Source of the DNA: Octopus bimaculoides
Taxonomy: Eukaryota
Direction: 5' to 3'
DNA length: 43,718 bases
Assembly: GCF_001194135.2 (NCBI RefSeq)
Contig: NC_068994.1
Span: 30,144,789 to 30,188,506, forward strand
Shown here: positions 1 to 10,890 of the stretch, one piece after another
Position numbering within the stretch: position 1 is the first letter of the stretch
Layout: each line of letters begins with the position of its first letter
Translations under genes and position numbers: made by a program
The notes under the pieces: model-generated
The model's input: the letters and a program-made list of their open reading frames with translations, nothing else
What the model was told of the DNA's origin: nothing
Databases searched by the model: none

Positions 1-15
1 GAAAGCGGCCCGTTG

Positions 16-53
<38 letters not shown>

Positions 54-330
54 TATATGTATAATATATGTATAATATATTGTATATTTATATGTATATA
101 TATATATACATATATACATATATATATGTATGTATTTGTGTGTCGGTGTTTGTCCCCCCTCCGTCACTTGACAGCTAAAGTTGGTGTGTTTACGTTTGTG
201 TAACTCAGCACTTCAGGAAAAAATATCAATAGAATAAGTATTAGGCTTATAAAGAATAAGTCCTGTGGTTGATTTGTTTGACTAAAGGCAGTGCTCCAGC
301 ATGGCAGCAGTCAAATGACTGAAACATACA
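1..330 (+). mobile_element. tRNA-derived SINE (family A here), middle and 3' part, with (TA)n expansion
   Basis: Starts with GAAAG..GCCCGTTGTATATA and contains TTTGTCCCCC..CTTGACA and the 3' end AAGGCAGTGCTCCAGCATGGC.GCAGTCAAATGACTGAAACA; the same blocks occur in the more complete copy at 40231-40604. Confidence 0.8.
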
Positions 331-414
331 CACACACAAGTATATATACAAACGCACAGACCCAATGTGTACATATATATATACACATACACACATATAC
401 ATATATATATTTTT

Positions 415-630
415 TTACTTGTTTCAGTCATTTCAGTGTGGCCATGCTGGAGCACTGCCTTAAAGGGTCTTTTAGTCAAATAAATTGACCCCAGGACTTT
501 TTCCTTTTAAGCCTAGTACTTATCTTATTGGTCACTTTTGCTGAACCACTAAGTTGTGGGACATAAACACACCAGCATCAGTTGTCAAGCAATGGTGGCT
601 GGACAAACACAGATACAAAGACACACACAC
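415..630 (-). mobile_element. SINE family A, 3' half
   Basis: TGTTTCAGTCATTTC..GGCCATGCTGGAGCACTGCCTT is the reverse complement of the family A 3' end at 285-330. Confidence 0.8.
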
Positions 631-645
631 ATCTATATAAATATA

Positions 646-2596
646 TCTATTATATAAAAGTCATTGTCTGTGTGTTCGTGTGTTATTTATAGACTCGAAA
701 ACTACTGGACCAATCCTAATGAAATTTTAAACACAGATCCAAGCCTAGCGGGAAGGGTAATGCCGTATGTTTCATACAATTTTGAAGGGGCATAAAGTGG
801 GGTAGAACTCACCATGAAAATTTATATGCTTTGGATTTTGATGACATTTGAACCATAGGTATTAAAAATATATTTATAAATATATGCAAAATTTCCATTT
901 CTTTGTATGATTCTAAGACCCCCTAATTTTAGTCATTTTTCATGGATCAAAATTACTGAATGGATCCTTATGATATTTGGAACCTTAGATTCGATCCAAA
1001 ATGGCAGGTGTAATGCAGTATGTTGGGTTTGAATTTGAGGAGGCTTAAAGGAGGAAGACCCCCACCTCCCCATGAAAATTCATAAATTTCCAATGTTGAA
1101 ATTTCAGCCATAGGTAACTGACACAAATCAAGAAGTATTCCCAAAGTTTTTGCTTCTCATGAGGATTCTAAGACCCCCCTAATGGGGGCCTTAATTCCCA
1201 AATTTTAGTCATTTTTTATGATCCAAAACTATGTCAAAAGTACTGAATGGATCTTCATGAAATTTAGAAATTATATTCTATGCATAAGGACAGATGTAAT
1301 GCAGTGTATGTTTGAAAGTGAGGGGGCAGTGTATGTTTGAAAGTTAGGGGGCAGTGTATGTTTGAAAGTGAGGGGGCAGTGTATGTTTGAAAGTTAGGGG
1401 GCATAATTGAGGCCATAAGCCCCATGAAAATTCATATATTTTTGCTGTTGATGAAATTTTAACCATAGATATTAGACACAAATGAAGCAATATTCTTAAA
1501 ATTTAAACTTCATTGGAGGTTAGTAAGACACCTTAATGGGGGCTTAACCCCAACAGTTTAGTCGTTTTTCCTAAGCCAAAACAAATACAATTGTAGTCTT
1601 GGAAGCTGTAGAGTCACCCGAGCATAAAAGATGAGCGTTATTTGTAATTCAATGGTACAACAGTGTAAGCGTTTGCTTTGAGATATACTTAGATTGTGAT
1701 TTCTGCAAGGTGCTGCATAAATTGTGAAGTAAAGGAGGGGAATCGTTATCTCCACTGATTCAGCTGTAAAGTGTTGAGTAAAATTATTTGGTTGTAGACC
1801 TCCTTTGAGCCTTTTTATTATCACTGGGTTAGAGATAGTCCCCAGATGGTACCACTGATTTCAAGGCCTTTCCAGATAAGTGATTGATCATTCAAAGAGA
1901 TTTATGGGTTGCAAATTTATTCTGTTCAGTTACCTATTGGCATAGTGATCATTGGCAAACTCAAGAGGTGACACTTTCATTTCCCCTTAGCCCTCGCGTC
2001 ACACAGTTATTAATGTTTATTTCAGTTGGGTCATGCCCTTCCAATTTCATTAAATCCAGTTACCTGTATGGTGAGGAATCCAACATTGAGGAGTGGCAAC
2101 AAGGGTAGGGTAGCTGACTGCTTATTGTGATCCTTCATATTTTGGTTTCCTCTGGCTTTGCTCTCTTTTACAAACCCAATGAACATTCATATATTTCTGA
2201 TTTCAAATAAATTTGAACAATAGATATGAGACACAATTTAAAAAAGATTCTCAAAAATTCAACTTCTCTAGTTGACTTTAAGACCCCCTAATAAGGGCCT
2301 TAATTCCTACATTTTAGTGCCTCAAGTGCTCCATTTTTAAGGAGCAAAATTCTTTAGATTTTATAAGATTTGGATTTTGAAATCTGGGCATAAAGATAAG
2401 AAGTGGGATAAATATGTCGTGATTAGAATTTTTGGTAGGGTGTGTAAAGAGGGAAAGAACACCCATTAAAATTCTTAATCTCCAATTTTGATGAAATTCA
2501 AATCATAGGTATCCCAGTTCATTACATTAAACTATAAAAGAAAAGTCTAATTCTTCAAATCCATGTGACAGGGGCAACGCCAGGTATCTCTGCTAC
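646..2596 (+). mobile_element. Non-autonomous Helitron (family H1) with internal tandem modules
   Basis: 5' A|TCTATTATATAAAAG followed by GTCTGTGTG; 3' GGGGCAACGCCAGG hairpin-like motif then CTAC|T (degenerate CTRR); GATTCTAAGACCCCCTAAT / ACTGAATGGATC modules recur internally. Confidence 0.7.
1301..1400 (+). repeat. Four exact 25-bp tandem units (2 x 50-bp higher-order)
   Basis: GCAGTGTATGTTTGAAAGT(G/T)AGGGG starts at 1301, 1326, 1351 and 1376; position 20 alternates G,T,G,T. Confidence 0.95.
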
Positions 2597-2608
2597 TATA
2601 TGTATATG

Positions 2609-2644
<36 letters not shown>

Positions 2645-2731
2645 TTCTTTATTTTACCTTTCTTATGACTAGAGTTACCACATGGAAAGCTTATCCATTT
2701 CACATGTCTAGATAATTTACTTTATATATTA

Positions 2732-3865
2732 CTAGCAGAAATACCCGGCTTTGCCCTGGTTAAAGAGAATAATGAAATCTAAAAACGCCGTCTAGACTAC
2801 ACAACCCTCAACTGTTAGTAGCTACGATACCGTATTTCTACATTAATAACTCTCCAATCCATGCCAGCATGGAACATAGACATTAAGTGGAATGCCAGTC
2901 TCTCATCTAGGAGGGCCTTGAAATCAATGTTACCAACTGAGGACTATGTGTGTCGCAGTGATAATAAAAAGACCCAAAGGAGGTCTGCAATGAAATAATT
3001 TTACTCAACACTTTGCAAGTGAATCAGTGGAGGCAAAGATGCGTCTCATTTACTTGACAATTTATGCGCCACATTGCAGAAATCCCAATGTAAGTATATC
3101 TGAAAGGGAAGTCTTACACCGTTNNNNNNNNNNNNNNNNNNNNNNNNNNNNNNNNNNNNNNNNNNNNNNNNNNNNNNNNNNNNNNNNNNNNNNNNNNNNN
3201 NNNNNNNNNNNNNNNNNNNNNNNNNNNNNNNNNNNNNNNNNNNNNNNNNNNNNNNNNNNNNNNNNNNNNNNNNNNNNNNNNNNNNNNNNNNNNNNNNNNN
3301 NNNNNNNNNNNNNNNNNNNNNNNNNNNNNNNNNNNNNNNNNNNNNNNNNNNNNNNNNNNNNNNNNNNNNNNNNNNNNNNNNNNNNNNNNNNNNNNNNNNN
3401 NNNNNNNNNNNNNNNNNNNNNNNNNNNNNNNNNNNNNNNNNNNNNNNNNNNNNNNNNNNNNNNNNNNNNNNNNNNNNNNNNNNNNNNNNNNNNNNNNNNN
3501 NNNNNNNNNNNNNNNNNNNNNNNNNNCTTTCTCTCTCTCTCTGAAAGTATCTGTCATTACAGTATCAAAATGTGATTGTTTCAGTTAGTAGAATAGTTTC
3601 ATTTTTAAAGTGAAAGTATTTGACATGAGTGTTTTTGTTTCACTTTTGACACGTAATACTTAAATAGTGGAGGAGATATTATGTTGCCGTGGGCTCGAAC
3701 TCTGCAAGAAGTTAAAATGTTTTTTGACTAAAACACAACTGGAACCCTAAGTAAGGCATGTGTAAAATTTGAATGAAATTGGTTGCGTAGTTCTCGAGTT
3801 TTAGGGATTCACACAGACAGACAGACAGACAGACAGACACACATTCTCATTTTTATATATATAGA
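2732..3865 (-). mobile_element. Non-autonomous Helitron (family H2), spans a gap
   Basis: Minus strand begins A|TCTATATATATAAAA (3865) followed by (GTCT)n, and ends CCAGGGCAAAGCCGGG..TTCTGCTAG|T (2732). This matches the Helitron TC...hairpin-CTRR ends and A|T target. Confidence 0.8.
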
Positions 3866-4734
3866 TTATTTATGGTACATACATGTCTCTCTATTTGTCT
3901 GTCTGTCTGTCTATCTATACATACATGTGAGTGTGTGTGTATATATAGATATATATATATGCGTGTGTGTGTGTAAGTGTGTATATATGTGTATATATTT
4001 ATGTATATATACATATATTTATAGATATAAATATATGTATATGTACATATATATGTATGTATATATACATATATAATATATGTATACAAAGGTAAGACAC
4101 ATTCTTGTCTGTCACTTGTCAAAGGTTGCTCCTCCAGCGTTCACCACCTCACCTCGTTATGGCTTAGCAGTGCTTACTTTTTGTTTTCACTGTCCCGTTT
4201 TTGTTACTAACTTTGACCCTCATCAAATCCCAAATTTTATTCAATTTGCTTTGCGAGAGCAACTGTCTTGGCGAAGGTGCATCTTGTCGTAATGGCTTGA
4301 AATGCAGAGTAGATAAAACAGCTGAGAGCTGATGAAGGGTCATTCTTTATGTTACTCGTCTTCTATTTGTTTCTTTTGTATTTATTAGTATTTAAATATT
4401 TTTAGTGATTTTTATTAATTAATATTTTAATGACACTATGATTTTTATAAAATTAATAATATAAATATTTTACTTAATTAATTTAATTATAGTATTTTAG
4501 CTTATTTGATATATATTATATAATTTATGTATCTTAGTCTTATTCTTTAGACTCTATAATTACTTAGATTTTAAATTTCCATAAAATGTTTACGATATAG
4601 TTCATTGTTTTATTATGATTTAAGTTATATACATTTTAATTTTCATTCATGATTTTATGAATAAAACTTTCATTCATGTTTATATATCTCTTTATTCTAT
4701 TCTTTTTCTTTATGCCATATCTTCACACAACTTC

Positions 4735-5530
4735 TTTCTAATAAATGTTTAGTTAATAGTATAATGTTTTAAATTTTAGTTTAAACTATAGCTTCATTGA
4801 GATAAGCATTGCTTTTATTTTCAATAATATTGTTAAATGATTTTCTCTTATTTATTGGTAAAATAAGTATTTTTATATAAATTCACTTGATATTTAATGT
4901 TAGTTGATATCCTATTTAACACTAAGTTAATATTATAAATACTTTAACATTTTAGTTTAAACCAAGACTTCAATTAGATTAGTGTTGCATTTATTTTCAA
5001 TAATATTGTTTAATGTTTCTTTTTGATTTATTGGTAAAATAAGTGTTTTTATATAATTTCATTTATTATTAGTTAATATTCTAATTAAGGTTAAGTTAAT
5101 AGTATAACATTTAAAATTTTATTTAAACTAAAGATTCAATTAGATAAGTTTTACATTTCTTTTCAATAATTTTGTTAAATGTTTTTCTTTTATTTATTGG
5201 AGATATAATTATTTTTATGTAAATTAATTTATATAAATTAATTTTTGTTAGTTTATATTATAATAAATGTAAAGTTAATAATATAACGTTTATAATATTA
5301 GTTTAACCTAAAACTTTGTTTAAATTGTATTTTAAACGAAAGATTCATTAAGATAAGCTTTGCATTTAATATTTCTATTAGTTTATATTCTAATAAACGT
5401 AAAGTTAATAATGTCATGTTTATAATTTTCGATGAGATAAGTACTACATTTATTTTTAATAATATTGTTTAACTTTTTTTTATCTTGATATAATAAGTAT
5501 TTTTATATAAATTCATTTGTTATTTATTGT
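4735..5530. repeat. Very AT-rich degenerate tandem array, period about 170-180 bp, about 4-5 units
   Basis: TTTTAGTTTAAAC..TTCA..AGATAAG..TTTTCAATAAT..TTTATTGG..ATAAGT.TTTTTATATAA recurs near 4775, 4950, 5117 and 5297. Confidence 0.75.
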
Positions 5531-5574
5531 TGGTTGATATATATACATTCATTTTATTATTACTATTGCTGTAT

Positions 5575-5815
5575 TTTGACCTGTAGATTAGCTATATTTT
5601 TGAATAGAATTGATTTTCGATCGATTTAATCGATTTCATTATATTTTATTTTCTATTTGAAAATTTGGTTATGAAACACGTGTAGTCGTTTTATTATTTT
5701 ATGATAATTACTTTGTAATTTATTATAGTCCTTTTTAGTGTATTTACTTGTTGAATTTTTCTATATGTGACTGTGGATTTTCATGGATGAGTTCATGAAC
5801 TTTGGTTCTTTTCTC
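5575..5815 (-). repeat. Dispersed AT-rich repeat, homologous to 43456-43700
   Basis: Reverse complement AACCAAAGTTCATGAACTCATCCATGAAAATCCACAGTCACATATAGAAAAA matches AACCAAGTTTCAAGAACTCATCGATGAAAATCCACTATCACATATAGAAAAA near 43470; ACACGTGT and AAAAATATAGCTAATC blocks are also shared. Confidence 0.8.
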
Positions 5816-6816
5816 TGAATTATATATTTATATGTGAAAGTTAATTTAATTTTAATTTTTGATAAATTGAATTTAATTGAGTTTTTACCTGTAAATTTGG
5901 ATTTTTATCCCTAATATTATTATTAAATGTATGTANNNNNNNNNNNNNNNNNNNNNNNNNNNNNNNNNNNNNNNNNNNNNNNNNNNNNNNNNNNNNNNNN
6001 NNNNNNNNNNNNNNNNNNNNNNNNNNNNNNNNNNNNNNNNNNNNNNNNNNNNNNNNNNNNNNNNNNNNNNNNNNNNNNNNNNNNNNNNNNNNNNNNNNNN
6101 NNNNNNNNNNNNNNNNNNNNNNNNNNNNNNNNNNNNNNNNNNNNNNNNNNNNNNNNNNNNNNNNNNNNNNNNNNNNNNNNNNNNNNNNNNNNNNNNNNNN
6201 NNNNNNNNNNNNNNNNNNNNNNNNNNNNNNNNNNNNNNNNNNNNNNNNNNNNNNNNNNNNNNNNNNNNNNNNNNNNNNNNNNNNNNNNNNNNNNNNNNNN
6301 NNNNNNNNNNNNNNNNNNNNNNNNNNNNNNNNNNNNNNNNNNNNNNNNNNNNNNNNNNNNNNNNNNNNNNNNNNNNNNNNNNNNNNNNNNNNNNNNNNNN
6401 NNNNNNNNNNNNNNNNNNNNNNNNNNNNNNNNNNNNNNNNNNNNNNNNNNNNNNNNNNNNNNNNNNNNNNNNNNNNNNNNNNNNNNNNNNNNNNNNNNNN
6501 NNNNNNNNNNNNNNNNNNNNNNNNNNNNNNNNNNNNNNNNNNNNNNNNNNNNNNNNNNNNNNNNNNNNNNNNNNNNNNNNNNNNNNNNNNNNNNNNNNNN
6601 NNNNNNNNNNNNNNNNNNNNNNNNNNNNNNNNNNNNNNNNNNNNNNNNNNNNNNNNNNNNNNNNNNNNNNNNNNNNNNNNNNNNNNNNNNNNNNNNNNNN
6701 NNNNNNNNNNNNNNNNNNNNNNNNNNNNNNNNNNNNNNNNNNNNNNNNNNNNNNNNNNNNNNNNNNNNNNNNNNNNNNNNNNNNNNNNNNNNNNNNNNNN
6801 NNNNNNNNNNNNNNNN

Positions 6817-6849
<33 letters not shown>

Positions 6850-6931
6850 GTATATATATATGTATATAAAGTTTTCAGAATGAGATAAAAATCCAAGGCT
6901 GTGAAAGATTTTAGAACATTTATAAATAGAA

Positions 6932-6984
6932 GTTCTTACAGCTGTTTCCGAGATGTTGTAAATATCCCTTCATTGGAGACGGTG
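6932..6984 (-). ncRNA. Degenerate minimal type I hammerhead-ribozyme-like motif (Penelope-type)
   Basis: Minus strand reads GTCT-CCAATGAA-GGGAT(loop)ATCTC-G-GAAAC-AGCT-GTA-AGAAC. Stem II, GAAAC, palindromic stem III and a GUA triplet are present; the core CUGAUGA is mutated to CCAAUGA. Confidence 0.5.
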
Positions 6985-7224
6985 TGAGAAAATGGTTAAG
7001 CAATAGTTATTTTAGGTATTTTAGATATGAAATAGAGAGTCAAGTAGAGGAGTGAAAATAGACGTGAGATATGCAGGGATATTGCATCTGTAGATCCATT
7101 ATTTAAGCAGAATTGTATACATATAAGATTCCAATACCTTGTGAATAAGTTCTAATTGTATTTAAAATTGGTCATTCCATGTATAGAGTTTGTATATAGT
7201 GTTATTGAATCGAGGGTTTTATTT

Positions 7225-7570
7225 AAAGTGACCCAACTCAAACATTAACAACTGTGTGATGTGAGGGGTAAGGGGAAATGAAAGTGTCACCTCTGGAGTT
7301 TGCAAATGACTACTATACTGATAGGTAACTGGACAGAATAAATTTACAATCTATGTCTTTCAATAACCAGTCACTCATCTGGGAAGGCCTTGTAATCAAT
7401 GTAACCATCTGTGGTTAAAATGTCATCAACAGCAAAAATATATGAATTTTCATGGAGGTTATGGCCCTTATGCATAGAATATAATTTCAAAATTTCATGA
7501 AGATCCATTCAGTACTTTTGACCTAGTTTTGGATCATAAAAAATGACTAAAATTTGGGAGCTAAGGCCCC
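7225..7570 (-). mobile_element. Helitron H1 internal fragment
   Basis: Reverse complement of 1845-2040 joined to 1400-1467 and 1190-1290. Confidence 0.8.
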
Positions 7571-7649
7571 CAAGAAGAGGACAAATATCCATCAAATGTA
7601 ATTAATGTACATAATTCTTCATCTCTTAAATATAGAACTTTAAAGCCTT

Positions 7650-7712
7650 AGTTTTAACTGAAACGCAGTTAAGAAGATTGACTGAGTTGCGCTATTAGAG
7701 TGTCTGGTGAGA
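7650..7712 (+). promoter_or_regulatory. Candidate non-coding first exon and splice donor for the 8920 ZNF gene
   Basis: CTG|GTGAGA donor-like site at 7706/7707 in unique, CpG-containing sequence upstream of the acceptor at 8788; inferred only. Confidence 0.3.
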
Positions 7713-7797
7713 AGAATCTAACAGGGCATGTCCCTGGGCATTTGTCTACTTTTATGATATATATATCTTATTTGTTTCAGTCATTAAACTGCCACCA

Positions 7798-7835
<38 letters not shown>

Positions 7836-7922
7836 NNNNNNNNNNNNNNNNNNNNNNNNNNNNNNNNNNNNNNNNNNNNNNNNNNNNNNNNNNNNNNNNN
7901 NNNNNNNNNNNNNNNNNNNNNA

Positions 7923-7966
<44 letters not shown>

Positions 7967-8084
7967 CGCGTGCACTCGTGTGTGTGTGTATCTTGTGACT
8001 TCATATGATATTTTTAAATTGGTGTTACTGTAGTACAAATGGTGTCATTTATTTCTAATCCTGCATGAAAATATGTTCAACCAT

Positions 8085-8255
8085 GTATGGGAAAATTATT
8101 ATGATGAGGGTTTGTTGCCGGAAATTGGTGAGGGTTTTTGACAGGAAGAGCATCTGGCCATAGAAAATCTGTCTCAGTGAATTCTGTCCGATTGACTTAT
8201 GCAAGCAACGAAAAAAGGGTGTTGAAATTTTGATGGTAATGACAATGATGAGGAT
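8085..8255 (+). mobile_element. Short repeat (SINE-like, family D) with RTE-type 3' tail
   Basis: GGAAGAGCATCTGGCCATAGAAAATCTG..ATGCAAGCA and a GAT-rich tail; homologues at 10622-10790 (-) and 16760-16890 (+). Confidence 0.55.
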
Positions 8256-8764
8256 CATCATGATAATGAGATGCATACATACATAAACAAACAAAAAAAA
8301 ACAAGTTGTAAATACATAATTGTGTTAGACAAGTCATATCTAGCACCATATATTTACCATTTGAATAGTTTTCCCATTTTTCCAAGAATGGTTATGGTAT
8401 TAGATGATATCCATCATCGTATATATTCTTGTGGAACTATTTTCCTTTGGGTCACCTGAGAAAATTCTTTTATGAGTGAGACTCTACAACCTCTCAATCT
8501 GCTATAAATAGCAGCAAAATGTCCTTCAAATTCTATGTTGGAAAAGTACATAATTACTGTTGTTGGGGTTAAAAAAAAAACACCAAAAAACCTATGTTAT
8601 TTATGGTGGGAATACTTTTGATTACAGGTTTGCTAACTCAGAACTGATTTGGTAATTTTAGTATCAAGTCAATTCAAGAATAAATTATATTGTTTTAAAA
8701 ACAAATTGTTTTGTGAACTACCTGCAAAAATGTTTTAATCGGTCAAGTTTTAATGTCTAATGAA

Positions 8765-8788
8765 CTGTTTTCTTTTGCTATTTTGCAG
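8765..8788 (+). promoter_or_regulatory. 3' splice acceptor in the 5' UTR of the ZNF gene
   Basis: Polypyrimidine tract TTTTCTTTTGCTATTTTGCAG|G ending at 8788, 131 nt upstream of the ATG; an in-frame TAA at 8911 shows the CDS starts within this exon. Confidence 0.65.
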
Positions 8789-8919
8789 GATTGGTCATTA
8801 TCATTAACATTTGAAAATGCTAGTATGAACTGAAAATTAAGGACGTTCAGAGCCATTTAACATTTGTACCTGGAAATAAGGAAAAGAAAGTATTTTCTGG
8901 CTTACATCCATAAGAAGAC

Positions 8920-9462
8920 ATGTATTCAACACAATCTAACATGTATCCTGTTGGGCAGCAGTTTATGTGTGATATCTGCGGTCGTGCTTTTTCACTCTAT
9001 GACCAGCTGAAGTTGCACAAACGTTCCCATACCACTGATAACAAGATGTACAACTGTGAGGTGTGCAAAAAATCATTCACACAGAAAATCAACTTGAAGA
9101 ACCATGCCCGAACTCACACAGGAGAAAAACCATTTTCATGCCCAACATGTTCAAAATCCTTCAGTCAACGAGGCAACCTGAAAATACACCAACGTTCTCA
9201 CACAGGTGAAAGGCCTTTCCATTGTCACCTTTGTCCCAAAGCCTTTAGTCAGAAGGGAAACCTAAAAACACATGTTCGAACTCATGTCAACAAGCGTGTT
9301 TTCACCTGTGAAACATGTGGTAAAGTCTTTACCCATAAGTCATTGCTTCAGTGTCATGAAAAGGCTCACATGTTTGAAAGAATGTCAAATATCTCTGATG
9401 TCTACACACCAAACAACAGTGCTGTTTTTGACTTGAACAATCCAGCTAGACCCATGCACTAA
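8920..9462 (+). CDS. C2H2 zinc-finger protein, 180 aa, 5 tandem fingers, single coding exon
   Basis: Five CxxC-x12-HxxxH fingers (CDIC..HKRSH, CEVC..HARTH, CPTC..HQRSH, CHLC..HVRTH, CETC..HEKAH) with TGEKPF and TGERPF linkers; intact ORF. Confidence 0.93.
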   Translation: MYSTQSNMYPVGQQFMCDICGRAFSLYDQLKLHKRSHTTDNKMYNCEVCKKSFTQKINLKNHARTHTGEKPFSCPTCSKSFSQRGNLKIHQRSHTGERPFHCHLCPKAFSQKGNLKTHVRTHVNKRVFTCETCGKVFTHKSLLQCHEKAHMFERMSNISDVYTPNNSAVFDLNNPARPMH

Positions 9463-9871
9463 GGTGTTGCTATTGCAATGTTTCTAATGTGGATTCTTCA
9501 TAGCAACCATTTCTACATGATTCTGCACACAGCTTGATGTAGATATCAGTTTAATTCAAAATTGGTTTTATCCCTTTTTTCCCATGTTGCTCAATGTAAC
9601 CACTTAGGTTCATTCTAATAACTTCCTTTATTTCATGCATGATAGATTTCAAAGAACTCCAAATGTGTTTGTGACAAAACAACTCATGTGCCAAAGTTTC
9701 TGTATTTTATTTACTGTGAATTCTTGTTGGTTAAATTTAATTCATCAAAGAAATTTTCTGTTGTGAATTTTTAAAATATTTTTTACCCTTCTTTTAACAA
9801 TATAGATCTGTGTTTCTACATGTATTGAAACAAAATACATGTATTGAAAATTGATGACTAAACAAAAATGA

Positions 9872-10069
9872 TTTCAAATTTTGGTACAAGACCAACAATT
9901 TCAGGGGAAGTTGATTACATCGTCCCCAGTACTCAACTGGTACTTATTTTATTGACCCTGAAAGGATAAGTCAACCTCAGTGGAATTTTGAACCAAGAAC
10001 GTAAAGATGGATGAAATGCTACAAAGCATTTTGCCCAGCATGCTAACAATTCTACCAGTTCACCGCCTT
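9872..10069 (-). mobile_element. tRNA-derived SINE family B
   Basis: ACTGGTACTTATTTTATTGACCC.GAAAGGAT..GTCAACCTC..GGAATTT..GAACGTAAAGA..GCATTTTGCCC..CACCGCC; CpG-decayed version of 39338-39538. Confidence 0.85.
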
Positions 10070-10194
10070 ACTGGACAAAATCCTAGGAAGATGAACTATT
10101 ATCATAAAGTAGGGAATGTGCCCTAGTCCACCTAGGTGTACTGAAATATGTTGAGTGTTACATTTTACTCCTATAAACATTTTTTTTTCTTTGC

Positions 10195-10404
10195 ACTATT
10201 GGCACAAGGCCGGAAATGTTTTTGGTGGTAAGGAGCTAGTCGAATATATCACCCCCAGTACTCAACTGGTACTTATATCATCAACCCTAAAAAGATGAAT
10301 GGCAAAGTTTATGCCATTAGTATTTGGACTCAGAACATAATATTGGAAGAAATTCTGCTAAGTATATCATCCAGCATGCTAAAGATTCTGCCAACTCACC
10401 GCCT
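10195..10404 (-). mobile_element. SINE family B
   Basis: CCCCAGTACTCAACTGGTACTTAT..TTTGGACTCAGAACAT..GATTCTGCCAACTCACCGCC. Confidence 0.85.
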
Positions 10405-10621
10405 ATAAACATTGAGAACACTATAACAATATTAAGTGCTGGTCATGTTGTAAAGCTAATTTTAATAATATTTATGGGTATATCTTGGATATTTTGAGAA
10501 GGTGACATGTATCATGAAGACAGTGTCAAGGCATCTTTAGAAGACATTGTCTTTGTTAGATGTTCAAACATTGTTGAAACAGGACATGAGATTCGATATG
10601 TTGTGTCATCATTGTCCTCCT

Positions 10622-10790
10622 CCTCATCATCATCATTGTTTAACATCTTTTCTATGCATGCATGGATCAAACAAAATTTTATAAAGGCAGATTTTCAACA
10701 ACTGGATGCTCTTCTAGTTACCAACCCTTACTTGTTTCCAGTCAAAGTAATATTTCCACATGACCAGACATATTTTTCATAGAAGAACAG
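10622..10790 (-). mobile_element. Family D repeat with (CAT)n RTE-type tail
   Basis: CATCATCATCATTGTTTAACATC..GCAGATTTTC..CTGGATGCTCTTC is the reverse complement of the 8085 and 16760 copies. Confidence 0.55.
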
Positions 10791-10857
10791 AAATAAACAA
10801 CGTTGCATGTATGATGGTGATGCCCATTTGCAAGCATTGTGTAATATCAAGACATGG

Positions 10858-10890
<33 letters not shown>

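Noticed and set aside
1301-1400. CRISPR-like array
   Set aside because: The units are contiguous with no spacers, in a eukaryotic transposon context
4310-4360. AAAACAGCTGAGAGCTGATGAAGGG as a hammerhead
   Set aside because: CTGATGA is present but there is no downstream stem II closure or GAAA, and the upstream part lacks a valid cleavage triplet and stem
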